This document shows, piece after piece, positions 39,718 to 49,726 of a stretch of 64,000 bases of DNA. The stretch lies in NCBI GenBank assembly GCA_003576915.1, contig QEVF01000009.1, forward strand, positions 17,638 to 81,637, written 5' to 3'. The position numbers were made by a program, and so were the translations under genes. Each line of letters starts with the position of its first letter. Positions within the stretch are counted from its first letter, which is position 1. The DNA is from Planctomycetota bacterium. GTDB lineage: Bacteria; Planctomycetota; UBA8742; UBA2392. The notes beneath the pieces were generated by a model that had not been told where the DNA came from, made no database searches, and saw nothing but the letters and a program-made list of their open reading frames with translations.

Positions 39718-41805
39718 TCAGCGGATGCGCAAAATGCCGCGCGCGTGCAGGCCCCGTTCTTCAAAGGCCGTGAAGACCGTGAGGTCCTTGAAGAAAGAAA
39801 GGCCGCGCGCGTCGCTGATCAGGCTGTTGACGTACTTGTCGCCCTCGACGCGGCAGGTCTCAACCCAGGCGTTCTTGCGGCGGTCATACTCGGCGCTGAC
39901 CCGGGGATCGGAAAGGGACGTGACGTCCTGGGGGTTGAGGCCGAAGGACTGGGCGATTTCGCGGCGCAAAGCGCCGGGGTCTCTCCCCTCCACGAGGTTG
40001 ACGTTGTACTTGGCATCACGCAGGGTCTTGAGCAGGTTGCCCTCGGTGATGAAGGCGCCGACGCGCTCGAACTCGGCGTAAATGGTGGCATGGGCCGACG
40101 GCGGCAGGTCGGCCATGGGCAGGGCGCCGGGCCGCCCGATGCTGCCCTGGGGACGAGTCCTGGCCGTCAGGGCAAACTCCAGCAGGCGGCGCGAGTTCGT
40201 GATCACCAGCCACTCCCCCACCATGGCCGAGACCGTCTGCAGAGTCAGGCGCGTGGAGTTGCTCTGCCGCTCCGCTTCGTCGCCTGTGAAGTCCAGGCCG
40301 TAGACGGTCTGCCCCGCCAGTGTCTCCGTGCGCACGCTGCGCGTGGTCTTGCGCGGCGGATCGCCGGGGTTCTGGGGCTTGCGGCCAAACAGGTTGTCCA
40401 GAAAGCCGTTGAGCAGGGTGCCGGCAGACTCGGGCGCGGCGCCGGGGGTGCGGAAGGCAAACACGAAAGCGGGCAGTGGCACGCCGGAAATCTCCGTGAC
40501 GTCGGGCTGGTAGCTGCGCGGCGCCACGCCCATCACGATCTCCTCGGCCTTGATGGTCTGCAGGACCCGGGTGAAATCACCGATGAAACTCATGCGCGAA
40601 GCGTCATCAAGCACCTGGTTATTGATGACCTCAAGGGATTGCCGGTAGCTGACCTGCATCACGAGGTCCTCCGGCAGAATCTGGAGCTGCGTGGGCCTCG
40701 CCCCCGGCTGCGCCCAGGTCTGGCGCAGGTGGGAGTACTGTGGCAAGCGCAGGCGCTCTTCGTCGGCCAGCAGGTACTGGTCAAAGGTGATGGCGCTCGT
40801 GTCCGACAGGTCGACGCCATAGTACGCCGCCGTAAACGGCCGGGTATCGAGGTCCTTTTCGACGATGCGATTGATGGGCCCCAGCACGTCATAGTTCAGC
40901 TTGACCACGTTCTGCGGCAGGCCGTTGTAGGCGTCCACCGGATTGACCATCTGGCCGTTGCGCTCAATGGGCTTGAGGCGCAAACGCAGCCGGTCCAGGT
41001 CGAGGTAGACGCTCAATGAATGGCGGGCCCGGGCGTCGTCGTCGGCCATGTCGCGGGCCGCCTTGAAGCGCGCCACCTTGCCCAGCCCCTGAACCTCGCC
41101 GCGGTGGGCCAGAATACAGGCATTGAGCAGGCGCGGGCTGTCACTGATGACGAGCACGTCATCGAGCAGCGTCACCAGCAGGTCCTGAGCCTTGGGCGCT
41201 GCCTCGCCCTCAGGCGACGGCGCGGCCGGCAGCTTGACGCGCATGACGCCGCCGTCGAACTCCATCTGCGGGCTCGAGGGGCCGCCGGGCGCAAAGGTCG
41301 GCGCAAAGCCCGCAAACTGCCAGTAAAAGCGGACTTTGCGGCTCACGCGCGACAGGGCCACAAAGCGCGACGTATCGCCCTCCATATCCGTGCACAGCAG
41401 GAGTTCGCCCGCCAACACGTCGCGAAACAGGGCCAGATTCCCCGCATCGCGCAACTGCGCCTCGCTGCGCTTGAGCCCGCTGTCAATGGTCTTTTCCTTG
41501 AAGTCGGCCAGGCTCGGCCCGACGGTCTTGCCGAGATTGTCGCGCCAGACTGAGGCCTGCTCCAACTGGCCAAAGCGCGGGCGCGACACAAAGCCATCGT
41601 CCAGGAATTCGCGGATTTCTTTCTGCCGCTTGCCCAGGTCGTCAATGCGAAGCACCGAGCAAAGCTCGGCCGGGGCCAAATCCTCCAGCTTGCCCTCAAA
41701 TTCGCTGCCCGAAGACGCATAGCGCGTGGCGACAAAGCCCGCCAGCGCGGCCAGCACCACACCTGCAGCCAGGCCAGACCACTTCGCAACCTTGACCACC
41801 TGCAT
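39718..41805 (-). CDS. Membrane-anchored hypothetical protein (~695 aa)
   Basis: The ATG at 41805 gives MQVVKVAKWSGLAAGVVLAALAGFVATRY, an N-terminal TM anchor. The ORF extends to 42102 but that region is Arg/Pro rich. Confidence 0.6.
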   Translation of the reverse strand: MQVVKVAKWSGLAAGVVLAALAGFVATRYASSGSEFEGKLEDLAPAELCSVLRIDDLGKRQKEIREFLDDGFVSRPRFGQLEQASVWRDNLGKTVGPSLADFKEKTIDSGLKRSEAQLRDAGNLALFRDVLAGELLLCTDMEGDTSRFVALSRVSRKVRFYWQFAGFAPTFAPGGPSSPQMEFDGGVMRVKLPAAPSPEGEAAPKAQDLLVTLLDDVLVISDSPRLLNACILAHRGEVQGLGKVARFKAARDMADDDARARHSLSVYLDLDRLRLRLKPIERNGQMVNPVDAYNGLPQNVVKLNYDVLGPINRIVEKDLDTRPFTAAYYGVDLSDTSAITFDQYLLADEERLRLPQYSHLRQTWAQPGARPTQLQILPEDLVMQVSYRQSLEVINNQVLDDASRMSFIGDFTRVLQTIKAEEIVMGVAPRSYQPDVTEISGVPLPAFVFAFRTPGAAPESAGTLLNGFLDNLFGRKPQNPGDPPRKTTRSVRTETLAGQTVYGLDFTGDEAERQSNSTRLTLQTVSAMVGEWLVITNSRRLLEFALTARTRPQGSIGRPGALPMADLPPSAHATIYAEFERVGAFITEGNLLKTLRDAKYNVNLVEGRDPGALRREIAQSFGLNPQDVTSLSDPRVSAEYDRRKNAWVETCRVEGDKYVNSLISDARGLSFFKDLTVFTAFEERGLHARGILRIR

Positions 41806-41987
41806 GCTTGACTCCGTTGCCGCCTGGCCCGCCGAGCCCAGTTCGAGGGGGCGTAACCATGAACGCCCGACTGATTTTATACGCCCCAGGGCAGCGGAGA
41901 GCGGGTAATTAGGCGTGCGGGCTTGCAATAATTCCATAAAACTATATAATTCATAAAAGCCGCGGTCGATCCAAGGCAGGCGGGAAC

Positions 41988-44900
41988 ATGAAAAGCATCC
42001 GAGACAAGTGGTGGCTTCACGCAGGGGTCCTGGGCGCCCTGCTGGGCGGGCTGCTGCTTGCCTGGGTGGCCTTGGGCGCCCATGAAGTTGAACACGCCGC
42101 ACTGCTCAATGACCTGCGCCGCAGCAAGACTGCCGCGGCTCAGGAGACGCCCTTGCAGGCCGGGCGCCGCTTTGGCGGCCTGGCGACGGAAATCGAACAT
42201 CGCCTCGAGGCAGCCAGCCTCGACGAGCGCAACGTGCCCACGGCGCGGTTTCTGGCCGCCCTCCTCAGGCTCTGGCAGGCCGAACGGGAGCTGGATCACC
42301 ATGCCAATACCGCCGACACCCATACCTTCGGGCAGGCGCGAGCCTACGAACGGTTGCTGGCAGCGATGGGCAATGAAGCGCTGACGACCGGAGAGGAATC
42401 TCTGGGCGAAGAACGGGCGGAGGCCGTGCGGCAGGCGCTGGGCGAGGAGTTGCCCACGCGTGAAGGGCTTTCGCGGCGCCTGGAGGCCCTGCACTGGAAG
42501 CTGGCCGCGCGCTGCCTTCGTGAAGGGGACCATCTTGCCGCCTGGCAATATCTGCGCCTGCTGCATGAACCGTTGAGCATCCGCTCCGGGCAGGGCGACG
42601 AACTCTGGGTCTTGCCCTCCCTGGGCGCCCGCGCAGCCGAAAGCATGCAGGCGTTCATGGAGTCCCTGGCGCAGGGGGCCGTCGGCGGCCCGGCGCCCGA
42701 CCTGGCTCAGCAACAGAGGGACTGCGCGGCCATCCTGGACCGATTGGGTTCACTGTGCCGCCTGGCGGCGAGCAGCGCCAAGCCGGCGGGCGAGGAGTTT
42801 GCCCGAAAATCCGAAGAACTGACCAAGCGGGAAAGCGTGCTGGAAGCCGACATCGCCGCCCTGAGCCGGCCGGCGCTCTCGGCGGCGCAGGAGCGCGAGC
42901 ACCTGTCCCGCTATTACCCGGACTCAGCTTCCCTGGAGGCCGCCCTCAAGGACACCGCGCAGCACCGCCTCGACCGTCTGGCCGAGCGCCGCCTGGCGCT
43001 CAAGGTCGAGGTCGAGCGCTACAAATCAGCCCAGGAGGCCCTGCAGGGGTTTCTGCAATACCCCTCCAAACTGGTCCGCGAGGTTGTCAACGCGCCAAGG
43101 GCGCGGGAGGCACTCCGGCAATCCATCGCCGCCGCCCTTGCCGCGCGCCGACCCTGGCTCTTGCCCCTTCCGGGCGCGGCAAGGCAGCCCCTTCCGGAGG
43201 CCGCGCAACTGGCGCAACTGGCCCAGCAGGCCCTGGCCGCGGAGTTGTACCTTTGTGCGGCCCAATGTGCCCGGCTCGCGGGGCGAAAAGATGACGCTTC
43301 GGCGGCGCTGAAGGACATGCAGTCGCACTTTGAGGCCTGGGCTGATCTGGTTCAATTTGAACCGGCCGCAGCGGAAGCGGAATCCGGCCGCGGGCACCTG
43401 GGCGTGAGCCTGCTGGCCGCGGCCAGAGCCCAGATCCAGTCCCGTGTTCAGGGGAGCGCTGGCGAGTCGGCCCAGGTGCAACTGGAGTGGGTGCGGCGCA
43501 TGGAGGCCGCCCTGCTGACCGGCAGTTCCGAACACTCGGCGCTGGCCCTGGACGAGGCCCTGGGGGTCCTGCGCACGCTCAGCGGCCCGCGGCGCCCGGC
43601 GGCGGGCCAGAAGGACGAACAGGGAGAGCCCGAACTGCCCCGGCTGGAAGCACGCTACGAGAGTCTGCGCGATGCCGCGCTGGCCATGCTTGCCCGTGAT
43701 GCGGGCTCGGACCAGCCCGAGGTGCGTGACCTAGGGGAACTGGGTCTGGCACACCTGATGCTCGCGGACGCCGGGTACCGGTTCGACTTCCTCTTCTGGC
43801 AGGATACGGAGCATCTGTCTGCCTTCGCGCGCCCCGGGGAGGGCGCGAAGGCGGCCAGAGCCCGCTGGCTGGAGGGTCCGCCGCGCGAGGCCCGGCGCCA
43901 GGTCGCCGAGATTCTGGCGCGCCTTGAGCAGCGCACCCAGTTTTCGCAGCAACCCCGCCTCTACATCGAAACCAGGCTGCTCAAGGGCCGCCTGCGGGAG
44001 CTTTCGCCGGCCCCCAACTCCCCATCGGGCCTGCTGGGGGACTGGGCGGGGGCCCTGCGGGACATCTATCTGCCCCTGTGCCAGAGTTCAGAACTGCGCA
44101 CCCTGGACCCCTCTGAACAGGGCGCCCTGGACAGCCTGTCCGAGTTCGCCGCGCAGTACCTCCAGAGGCTCGACCGCGTGCTGGCCCTGGCCCCGCAACC
44201 GGATGCCCTTCAGGCGGCCCGCTGGGCCGCCGCCGACGCCTGCAGGCGCGTGCTGGCCGAACTGGGGGCGGTCACCGATCACGTGGCCATGCTCGACCAA
44301 CTGGCGCAGCTTCGGGTTCTGCCGCCCGCGGCACACCGCCGGGCCTATGAACTGCTGGCCCACGTGGCAGGCCTCGAACAGCATCTGGCGCAGGAAGCCC
44401 AGGCCCAGCGCCAGAGCGACAAGGCCCGCAGCTACGCCACGGAAGCCCGCAAGCACTACCGGCTGGCGGCCGCACGCCTGATGGATGACCTCAAGAACCT
44501 TCCCCCCGGCGCCTCGGAAGCCGCCCTCATGTGCTCCCTGGGGCTGTGCTTTGAACAGGGAGGTGAACCCCTGCTGGCGGTGGCCGCCCTTCGCCGCTAC
44601 TTCGCCGCCCGCGATGTTCTGGATCGCGCCGAGGGCAGGGGCAACCATTTCGAGGCCGCCAATGCCATGGCGCGCTCCTTTGAGGCCCTGGAGAACTACA
44701 GCGACGCCGGCAGCGGCAGTGAATTCGGCGGTGCCGTGGCCGCGTGGCGCTGGTCCGTCATGCAGTCCCGGCGCGTGATTGAACGCAGCGGCAAGCTGCC
44801 GCCCCACTCCCTTGAGGCTTTCATCGGCCTGGCGCGCTCGCGCAGGCACCTGGCGCTGGCCAGGCAGGATGCGACGCAACTGACCCTTGCCATGGAGGAG

Positions 44901-45722
44901 CTGGAAGACCACATCCTGCTGGCGCGCATCTTCAAGGTTCCGCCGCGCGACCTCGACCAGACCTCGGCCTGGCGCGACGCCCAGTTCGAGCGTGGCCTCT
45001 GTGCCCTGGAACTGGCCCGCATCGAGCGCGCCTCGGAGGGATTTGTCCCGCACCGCGCGCGCCGCTGGCTGGATCTGGCCCGCCGTTCCTTTGACGACGT
45101 CGTCCAGCGCTTCCACGACGAGGAAAGCGAGCCTGTGCTGCGCGCACAACTGGAACTGGCCCGCGCTGAATGGATGGACGGCGTCTACGTGCCCTCGCCC
45201 CTGTCCGATGCGAGCCTCGATCCCCTCAAGCGCGCCGCCGCCCGCATGCAGGCCCTGACGGCGCAACTCGAAACCCAGCGCGCCCGCAGCGACTCCGCAC
45301 AGATGCCCTTTGAACACGAGGTGCTGGAGCGTGATGCCCTGTGCCTCCAGGGAGACGTGCTGGAACTGCTGGGGCGCCGCCTTGAGGCCATTGCCGCGGC
45401 CCCCCTGGGGCAGCCACAGGACTGGCTGGAGGCCCGCAAACGACTGGAGGGCGCCCTGGCCGCCTATGAGCGCCTTGAGCGCCTGTATGGACAATCCCAC
45501 CTCAGCGCCTGGGCCCTGGCCCAGCGCATCGAGATTCTGCGGCTGCTGGGCACCCGCGCTCCCGTGGACCGCGAACGGGCCCAGGAACTCCTCGACGGCG
45601 CCGAGCGCGCCCTCGAACGCATCACAGAGTCCCAATGGGCTCAGGCCCCCGCCAGCATGGGCAAAGCCTACTGGGAGCAGTGGTTCCGCTGGTATCGCCA
45701 AAGCCGCGCACTGGAGCGCTGA
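41988..45722 (+). CDS. Very large (1244 aa) membrane-anchored helical-repeat protein
   Basis: N-terminal TM helix WWLHAGVLGALLGGLLLAWVALGA. The rest is A/L/E/R-rich helical and TPR-like. Confidence 0.65.
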   Translation: MKSIRDKWWLHAGVLGALLGGLLLAWVALGAHEVEHAALLNDLRRSKTAAAQETPLQAGRRFGGLATEIEHRLEAASLDERNVPTARFLAALLRLWQAERELDHHANTADTHTFGQARAYERLLAAMGNEALTTGEESLGEERAEAVRQALGEELPTREGLSRRLEALHWKLAARCLREGDHLAAWQYLRLLHEPLSIRSGQGDELWVLPSLGARAAESMQAFMESLAQGAVGGPAPDLAQQQRDCAAILDRLGSLCRLAASSAKPAGEEFARKSEELTKRESVLEADIAALSRPALSAAQEREHLSRYYPDSASLEAALKDTAQHRLDRLAERRLALKVEVERYKSAQEALQGFLQYPSKLVREVVNAPRAREALRQSIAAALAARRPWLLPLPGAARQPLPEAAQLAQLAQQALAAELYLCAAQCARLAGRKDDASAALKDMQSHFEAWADLVQFEPAAAEAESGRGHLGVSLLAAARAQIQSRVQGSAGESAQVQLEWVRRMEAALLTGSSEHSALALDEALGVLRTLSGPRRPAAGQKDEQGEPELPRLEARYESLRDAALAMLARDAGSDQPEVRDLGELGLAHLMLADAGYRFDFLFWQDTEHLSAFARPGEGAKAARARWLEGPPREARRQVAEILARLEQRTQFSQQPRLYIETRLLKGRLRELSPAPNSPSGLLGDWAGALRDIYLPLCQSSELRTLDPSEQGALDSLSEFAAQYLQRLDRVLALAPQPDALQAARWAAADACRRVLAELGAVTDHVAMLDQLAQLRVLPPAAHRRAYELLAHVAGLEQHLAQEAQAQRQSDKARSYATEARKHYRLAAARLMDDLKNLPPGASEAALMCSLGLCFEQGGEPLLAVAALRRYFAARDVLDRAEGRGNHFEAANAMARSFEALENYSDAGSGSEFGGAVAAWRWSVMQSRRVIERSGKLPPHSLEAFIGLARSRRHLALARQDATQLTLAMEELEDHILLARIFKVPPRDLDQTSAWRDAQFERGLCALELARIERASEGFVPHRARRWLDLARRSFDDVVQRFHDEESEPVLRAQLELARAEWMDGVYVPSPLSDASLDPLKRAAARMQALTAQLETQRARSDSAQMPFEHEVLERDALCLQGDVLELLGRRLEAIAAAPLGQPQDWLEARKRLEGALAAYERLERLYGQSHLSAWALAQRIEILRLLGTRAPVDRERAQELLDGAERALERITESQWAQAPASMGKAYWEQWFRWYRQSRALER

Positions 45723-46181
45723 ATGAGCCTCACGGACCTCGAGGTAGCGACCTTCCTCGACCTGCTGGCGCAACAACGCCGGCAGTACGAGCGCATGCGC
45801 GAAAATGCCCTGGGCGATGCCGAATTCTTCCGCACCATGCCCCAACCCCATGAGCTGGCCGCCCTGCTCGATCGCAAGCGCCTTGCCATGGAGGACCTGT
45901 CGGCCCTTGAAGCCTTGCTGGCGCCCTGGGCCCGTCGCTGGGTCGAGCATCGTGGAGACGCGGCGGCCGGAGGGGCGCAAGCCGTGGAAGAGGCCCTTGG
46001 CGCCGTCCAGGAGGCCCTGAAGTCTCTGATTGCGGCGGAAGACGCCGCGAACAAAGTAGCGGAAGAAACTATGCTGGGCGCGCGAAGGCGGTTGCGCGCG
46101 CTGGCCTCATCGGGTCAGGCGGCCCGGGCCTATGGGGCCAGGGCGCCTTCGCAGGCACACTTCGTTGATGAGCGCCCATGA
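45723..46181 (+). CDS. Hypothetical helical protein
   Basis: The ATG directly abuts the upstream TGA (TGAATG). The 3' end overlaps mutT by 4 nt. Confidence 0.5.
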   Translation: MSLTDLEVATFLDLLAQQRRQYERMRENALGDAEFFRTMPQPHELAALLDRKRLAMEDLSALEALLAPWARRWVEHRGDAAAGGAQAVEEALGAVQEALKSLIAAEDAANKVAEETMLGARRRLRALASSGQAARAYGARAPSQAHFVDERP

Positions 46182-46591
46182 GCCCTGCCAAAGTTTCGCA
46201 AGTTGCCGTGGTCATCCTGTTCGACGGCGAGAAGATGCTGATCAACCTGAGGCCCAAACAGACGTACTTCGGCGGCTGGTGGGAGTGGCCGGGGGGCAAA
46301 GTGGAACCCGGCGAAGGACCCGAACAGTGCGCGCGGCGCGAACTGCGCGAGGAAATCGGCCTGGAGGCCGGCCCCCTCACGGAACTGGAAAGACGCGTGG
46401 TGCAGCATCCCGACCGCGAGGTCCAGCTCACATTCTTCATGGGGCGCGTGCTGCCCGGGCAGCAGGCCCGCGAGGGCGCCCTGCTGCACCGCTGGGTCTC
46501 GCCCGCGGAGGCACTGGAGTACAAGTTTCTGGAGGGGAGCCTGCCTACGCTCAAGCGCATCATCGAGGAAGGCATATTGCCGCCCGCATAG
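46178..46591 (+). CDS. mutT: NUDIX hydrolase (MutT-like)
   Basis: Nudix box GGKVEPGEGPEQCARRELREEIGL. Confidence 0.85.
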   Translation: MSPAKVSQVAVVILFDGEKMLINLRPKQTYFGGWWEWPGGKVEPGEGPEQCARRELREEIGLEAGPLTELERRVVQHPDREVQLTFFMGRVLPGQQAREGALLHRWVSPAEALEYKFLEGSLPTLKRIIEEGILPPA

Positions 46592-46723
46592 GACAAACCG
46601 GCCCCCGCGCAAAAATCCGGGTTTCCTTGACACCCCCCACTTCAGTCATACCATCTTGCGGCACTTCGGGAGCAGCCGGCCTCTGACGGGCCGTTTAGGC
46701 GGCTCCTACAGCGGGAGAGCATC

Positions 46724-47317
46724 ATGGCGAAGAGTCCCTCAACCAAGAAGAAGGTCGTGAAGAAGGCCGGCGCCAAGGCGGGCAAGGCGGCCAAGTCCGG
46801 CAAGCCGGACAAGCTCGACAAGAAGGCCGACAAGGCTGTGGCCGTGGCTGAGAAGCCGAAGGCGCGGGAGTTCGAGGAGAAGTCCAAGGGCGCCACACCG
46901 GTCACCCTTCACCACCGCAAGCTCAAGAAGGAAGAACTTGAGGAGTTCCGCCAGATGCTGCTGGCCCGCCGCCGCCAGCTTCAGGGCGACGTCGAGGAAA
47001 TGGAGAAGGAAGCCTTCTCCGACGAAACCAAGACCCTGTCCATGAACCACATCGCGGACAGCAGCTCCGAGCAGTACGAGCAGGATTTCACGCTGCACCA
47101 GATCGAGAACGAAACCGAGGAACTGCGTGAAATCAACCGCGCGCTCGACAAGATCGAGGCCGGCACCTACGGCATCTGCGAGGCCACCGGCGAATACATC
47201 AGCATCGAGCGCCTGAGGGCCATGCCCTACACCCGCATCACCATGGCCGCGCGCCGCAAGTTCGAAGAGCAGGGCGGAGGTGAGGAGTTCGGCGTGTTCC
47301 CCGAGCACCGCTTCTAG
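46724..47317 (+). CDS. DksA/TraR-family protein with Lys-rich N-terminal tail and degenerate zinc finger
   Basis: The coiled-coil and C-terminal block LDKIEAGTYGICEATGEYISIERLRAMPYTRI align to DksA GYCESCG...LCIDCK, but only 1 of the 4 Cys is retained. The N-terminal 45 aa are KKxxK/A-rich. Confidence 0.7.
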   Translation: MAKSPSTKKKVVKKAGAKAGKAAKSGKPDKLDKKADKAVAVAEKPKAREFEEKSKGATPVTLHHRKLKKEELEEFRQMLLARRRQLQGDVEEMEKEAFSDETKTLSMNHIADSSSEQYEQDFTLHQIENETEELREINRALDKIEAGTYGICEATGEYISIERLRAMPYTRITMAARRKFEEQGGGEEFGVFPEHRF

Positions 47318-47420
47318 CCTGCTGTTTGCCACAATTCGGGCACGGCCTTGGCCGTGCCCTTTTGCTTGGGCGGGCAGACCGGCTTGCCTGTACAATCAGG
47401 GGGCCTGGGCCGGCAAAGCT

Positions 47421-49451
47421 ATGCGCATCGTGATGCTCAGCCTTCTGTGGATTGCACCGGCCCTGATGGCCCAGTCGCCGGCGCCTGTCGATTTTTTCGG
47501 CCCGGAGCACTTCGCGGCGGCCAGCGAAGACCCTCGGCGCGGCGCGCTGACGGTAAGTTTCGTCAGCGAGATTCCGCCGTTTCTAGATCTGAACAACTCC
47601 GACCCCCTGCCCGCCTCAAACCGCTTTGAGTCCACTCAGACGGGCCTGGTGCTCACGGCCGCGGGCAAAGGCCAGAGCTGCGAGGCGGAACTGGATGCCG
47701 GCTTCGTGCATGCCCTGGGCACGCTGAGCATTGTGGAATTGGACTCCGGAGCCTCGGTCGCGTTTCACCTTCGCTCCCTCAGTTCCGAGGCCACGGGCAC
47801 GCCGCCGGAGTACCTCCTGCTCCTCGCCCGCGACGGGGCTGACTCAGGCCGCCTGCGCCTGCTCACCCGCACTCGAAACGGCTTCTCCGAGACTGCGGCC
47901 GCCCGCCTCGAGAACCACGACTTCAGCGCCGCCGCGACCTTCAGCCTGGCGGCCGGTGCTGACAAAGTCGAGGCCGCCTTCGGCGGCGCTTCGGTCCAGG
48001 GCGCAGCCCGCCTCAAGTCCGGATTCACCCTGGCACTGGCGGCCAGCGACGGACGCTGCCGCGTCCGCGACCTTTCGCTTCAGTGCGAACTTCACGCCCT
48101 CTGGTGGCAGGACGCCCTGGCGCGGCTGGAAGCCAAGCGAACCCTGGCGCGATTGAAGGAATACACCACGCAGGGGCTGCTTTCCGGAGTGTGCCAGGGC
48201 AGCCTGAGGGACGAAGCCGAGGATCTGCGCGCCTACCCGCCCGCCCTGGAACAGGCCCGCCGTGATGCGCTGCAGAATCCCGACTTCGTGCGCCGCTTCA
48301 ACCTGCTGCGCGAGATTGCGGCGGCGCACCCCAAGCTCGCCCTGGCGCAGCACGAGGCAGGCGTTGCTGCCCTGCTCGCGGGCTTTTCGCAGGCCGCCCG
48401 CGACTCCCTGCGCGCCGCCCTGGCCCTGCGCTCCGATTCCCTGACGCGCCTGGCGCTGGCGGAAGCCTGCCTGCGACAGCGCGACTTTGACGCCGCAGGC
48501 CGCCACCTCGAGCAGGCGCGCGACGGGCTGGACGCGAAATTGCTGCCCGACATGGCCCTGTTGAGCGCGCGCCTGGCCGCGGCACGCGGCAACATGGCGC
48601 TGGCCGCGCGGGACCTGACATTGGCGCGCGCACGCTGGCCCGAGCACGCGGCCCTGGCGGCCTTTGCCGCGTCGGCGGAAGAACTTGTCGCTCCTTTGGG
48701 CCTAGCGAAATGGAGCCGGCCGGGCCCCCTTGGCCTGACCGTGGTCAGCGACCTCGACGACGCCGCTCTGGAGAAGCTGCTGGCCCGCCTGGGGCCATAC
48801 ATTGACCGCATCCGCCACTGGCTGCCGGGGCTGGCGCAGAAGCTGGAGGGGTCCATCGCCGTCTACTCGACACCGACGGGCTACCTGCGCGCGGCCCTGC
48901 TGGTGGCGGGCGAGAGCCTCGACAACGTGGCGGGCATGTTTCTGCCCGCAGGCATCGGGGGCGGCCCCAGCGTGGTGGCATGCCGCGCGTTCGGCGAGGA
49001 TGAACTGGCGCGTACGCTGGTGCATGAACTGTGGCACCTTGCCGTGTACTCGCTCAAGGGCAGCGCCATGGCCCCCTGGCTCAACGAGGGCATGGCTGTC
49101 TACCTGTCGGCGGGCCAGGCCGACAAAGACGGCACGCTGCGCTTTGTGCGCCTGCCCAGCGAGTTTTCGCGCATGTCGGAGCAACTGGTCGAGGCGCTCA
49201 GCGATCCCCAGGCCGCCCGGCGTGCGCTCGGCGCGGGTCTGGACTCCTTCTACAGCCCCGATGTGCAGCGCATGAACTATGCCCTGGCCTGGGCCCTGGT
49301 CTGGTATCATTGCGAACATTCGGTGGCGCAGGAGAATGTCCTGCGCGGGCTGCTGGCGGGGGATGCCGCCACCCTGGCTCAATTGCAGGAGGGCCTGCCG
49401 GCGCTGCTCGCGGCCATGGTCCGGGCGCTGAAGGAGCGCAAGCTCGCATGA
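47421..49451 (+). CDS. Secreted TPR-containing putative zinc metallopeptidase (HExxH)
   Basis: The ATG at 47421 gives signal peptide MRIVMLSLLWIAPALMA. LVHELWHLAV is an HExxH motif. Central Ala-rich TPR-like repeats. Confidence 0.6.
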   Translation: MRIVMLSLLWIAPALMAQSPAPVDFFGPEHFAAASEDPRRGALTVSFVSEIPPFLDLNNSDPLPASNRFESTQTGLVLTAAGKGQSCEAELDAGFVHALGTLSIVELDSGASVAFHLRSLSSEATGTPPEYLLLLARDGADSGRLRLLTRTRNGFSETAAARLENHDFSAAATFSLAAGADKVEAAFGGASVQGAARLKSGFTLALAASDGRCRVRDLSLQCELHALWWQDALARLEAKRTLARLKEYTTQGLLSGVCQGSLRDEAEDLRAYPPALEQARRDALQNPDFVRRFNLLREIAAAHPKLALAQHEAGVAALLAGFSQAARDSLRAALALRSDSLTRLALAEACLRQRDFDAAGRHLEQARDGLDAKLLPDMALLSARLAAARGNMALAARDLTLARARWPEHAALAAFAASAEELVAPLGLAKWSRPGPLGLTVVSDLDDAALEKLLARLGPYIDRIRHWLPGLAQKLEGSIAVYSTPTGYLRAALLVAGESLDNVAGMFLPAGIGGGPSVVACRAFGEDELARTLVHELWHLAVYSLKGSAMAPWLNEGMAVYLSAGQADKDGTLRFVRLPSEFSRMSEQLVEALSDPQAARRALGAGLDSFYSPDVQRMNYALAWALVWYHCEHSVAQENVLRGLLAGDAATLAQLQEGLPALLAAMVRALKERKLA

Positions 49452-49726
49452 ACGACCTTCCGCCCCTGCCCCCGGTTTCACCCCAGAGCACAGCCGAAGT
49501 GGCCGGCGCCCGAAGGGTGCAGGACCCCCTGGCGCGGGCCGGCGCGATTTCCGGAGAAGTCAAGGATGCCGCCGCAACTTCGCCCGACCGCGACGCCGAC
49601 GGCCACCAGGCGCCCGGCCACGATGGGGGCAAGGCCGCCCCGGACGAAAAGCCCGGTGCGGACGAAGACCCGACAGGCAGAGACCGGCGGCCCTCGCTGG
49701 GCATCGTGATTGACGTGGAGGCTTGA
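49448..49726 (+). CDS. Small acidic/Pro-rich ORF translationally coupled on both sides
   Basis: ATGA overlap with the upstream stop and TGATG overlap with the surE start. Low-complexity sequence. Confidence 0.35.
   Translation: MNDLPPLPPVSPQSTAEVAGARRVQDPLARAGAISGEVKDAAATSPDRDADGHQAPGHDGGKAAPDEKPGADEDPTGRDRRPSLGIVIDVEA

Noticed and set aside
44088-45980. 630-aa minus-strand ORF
   Set aside because: It is antisense to the 1244-aa gene and the following ORF, with shadow composition.
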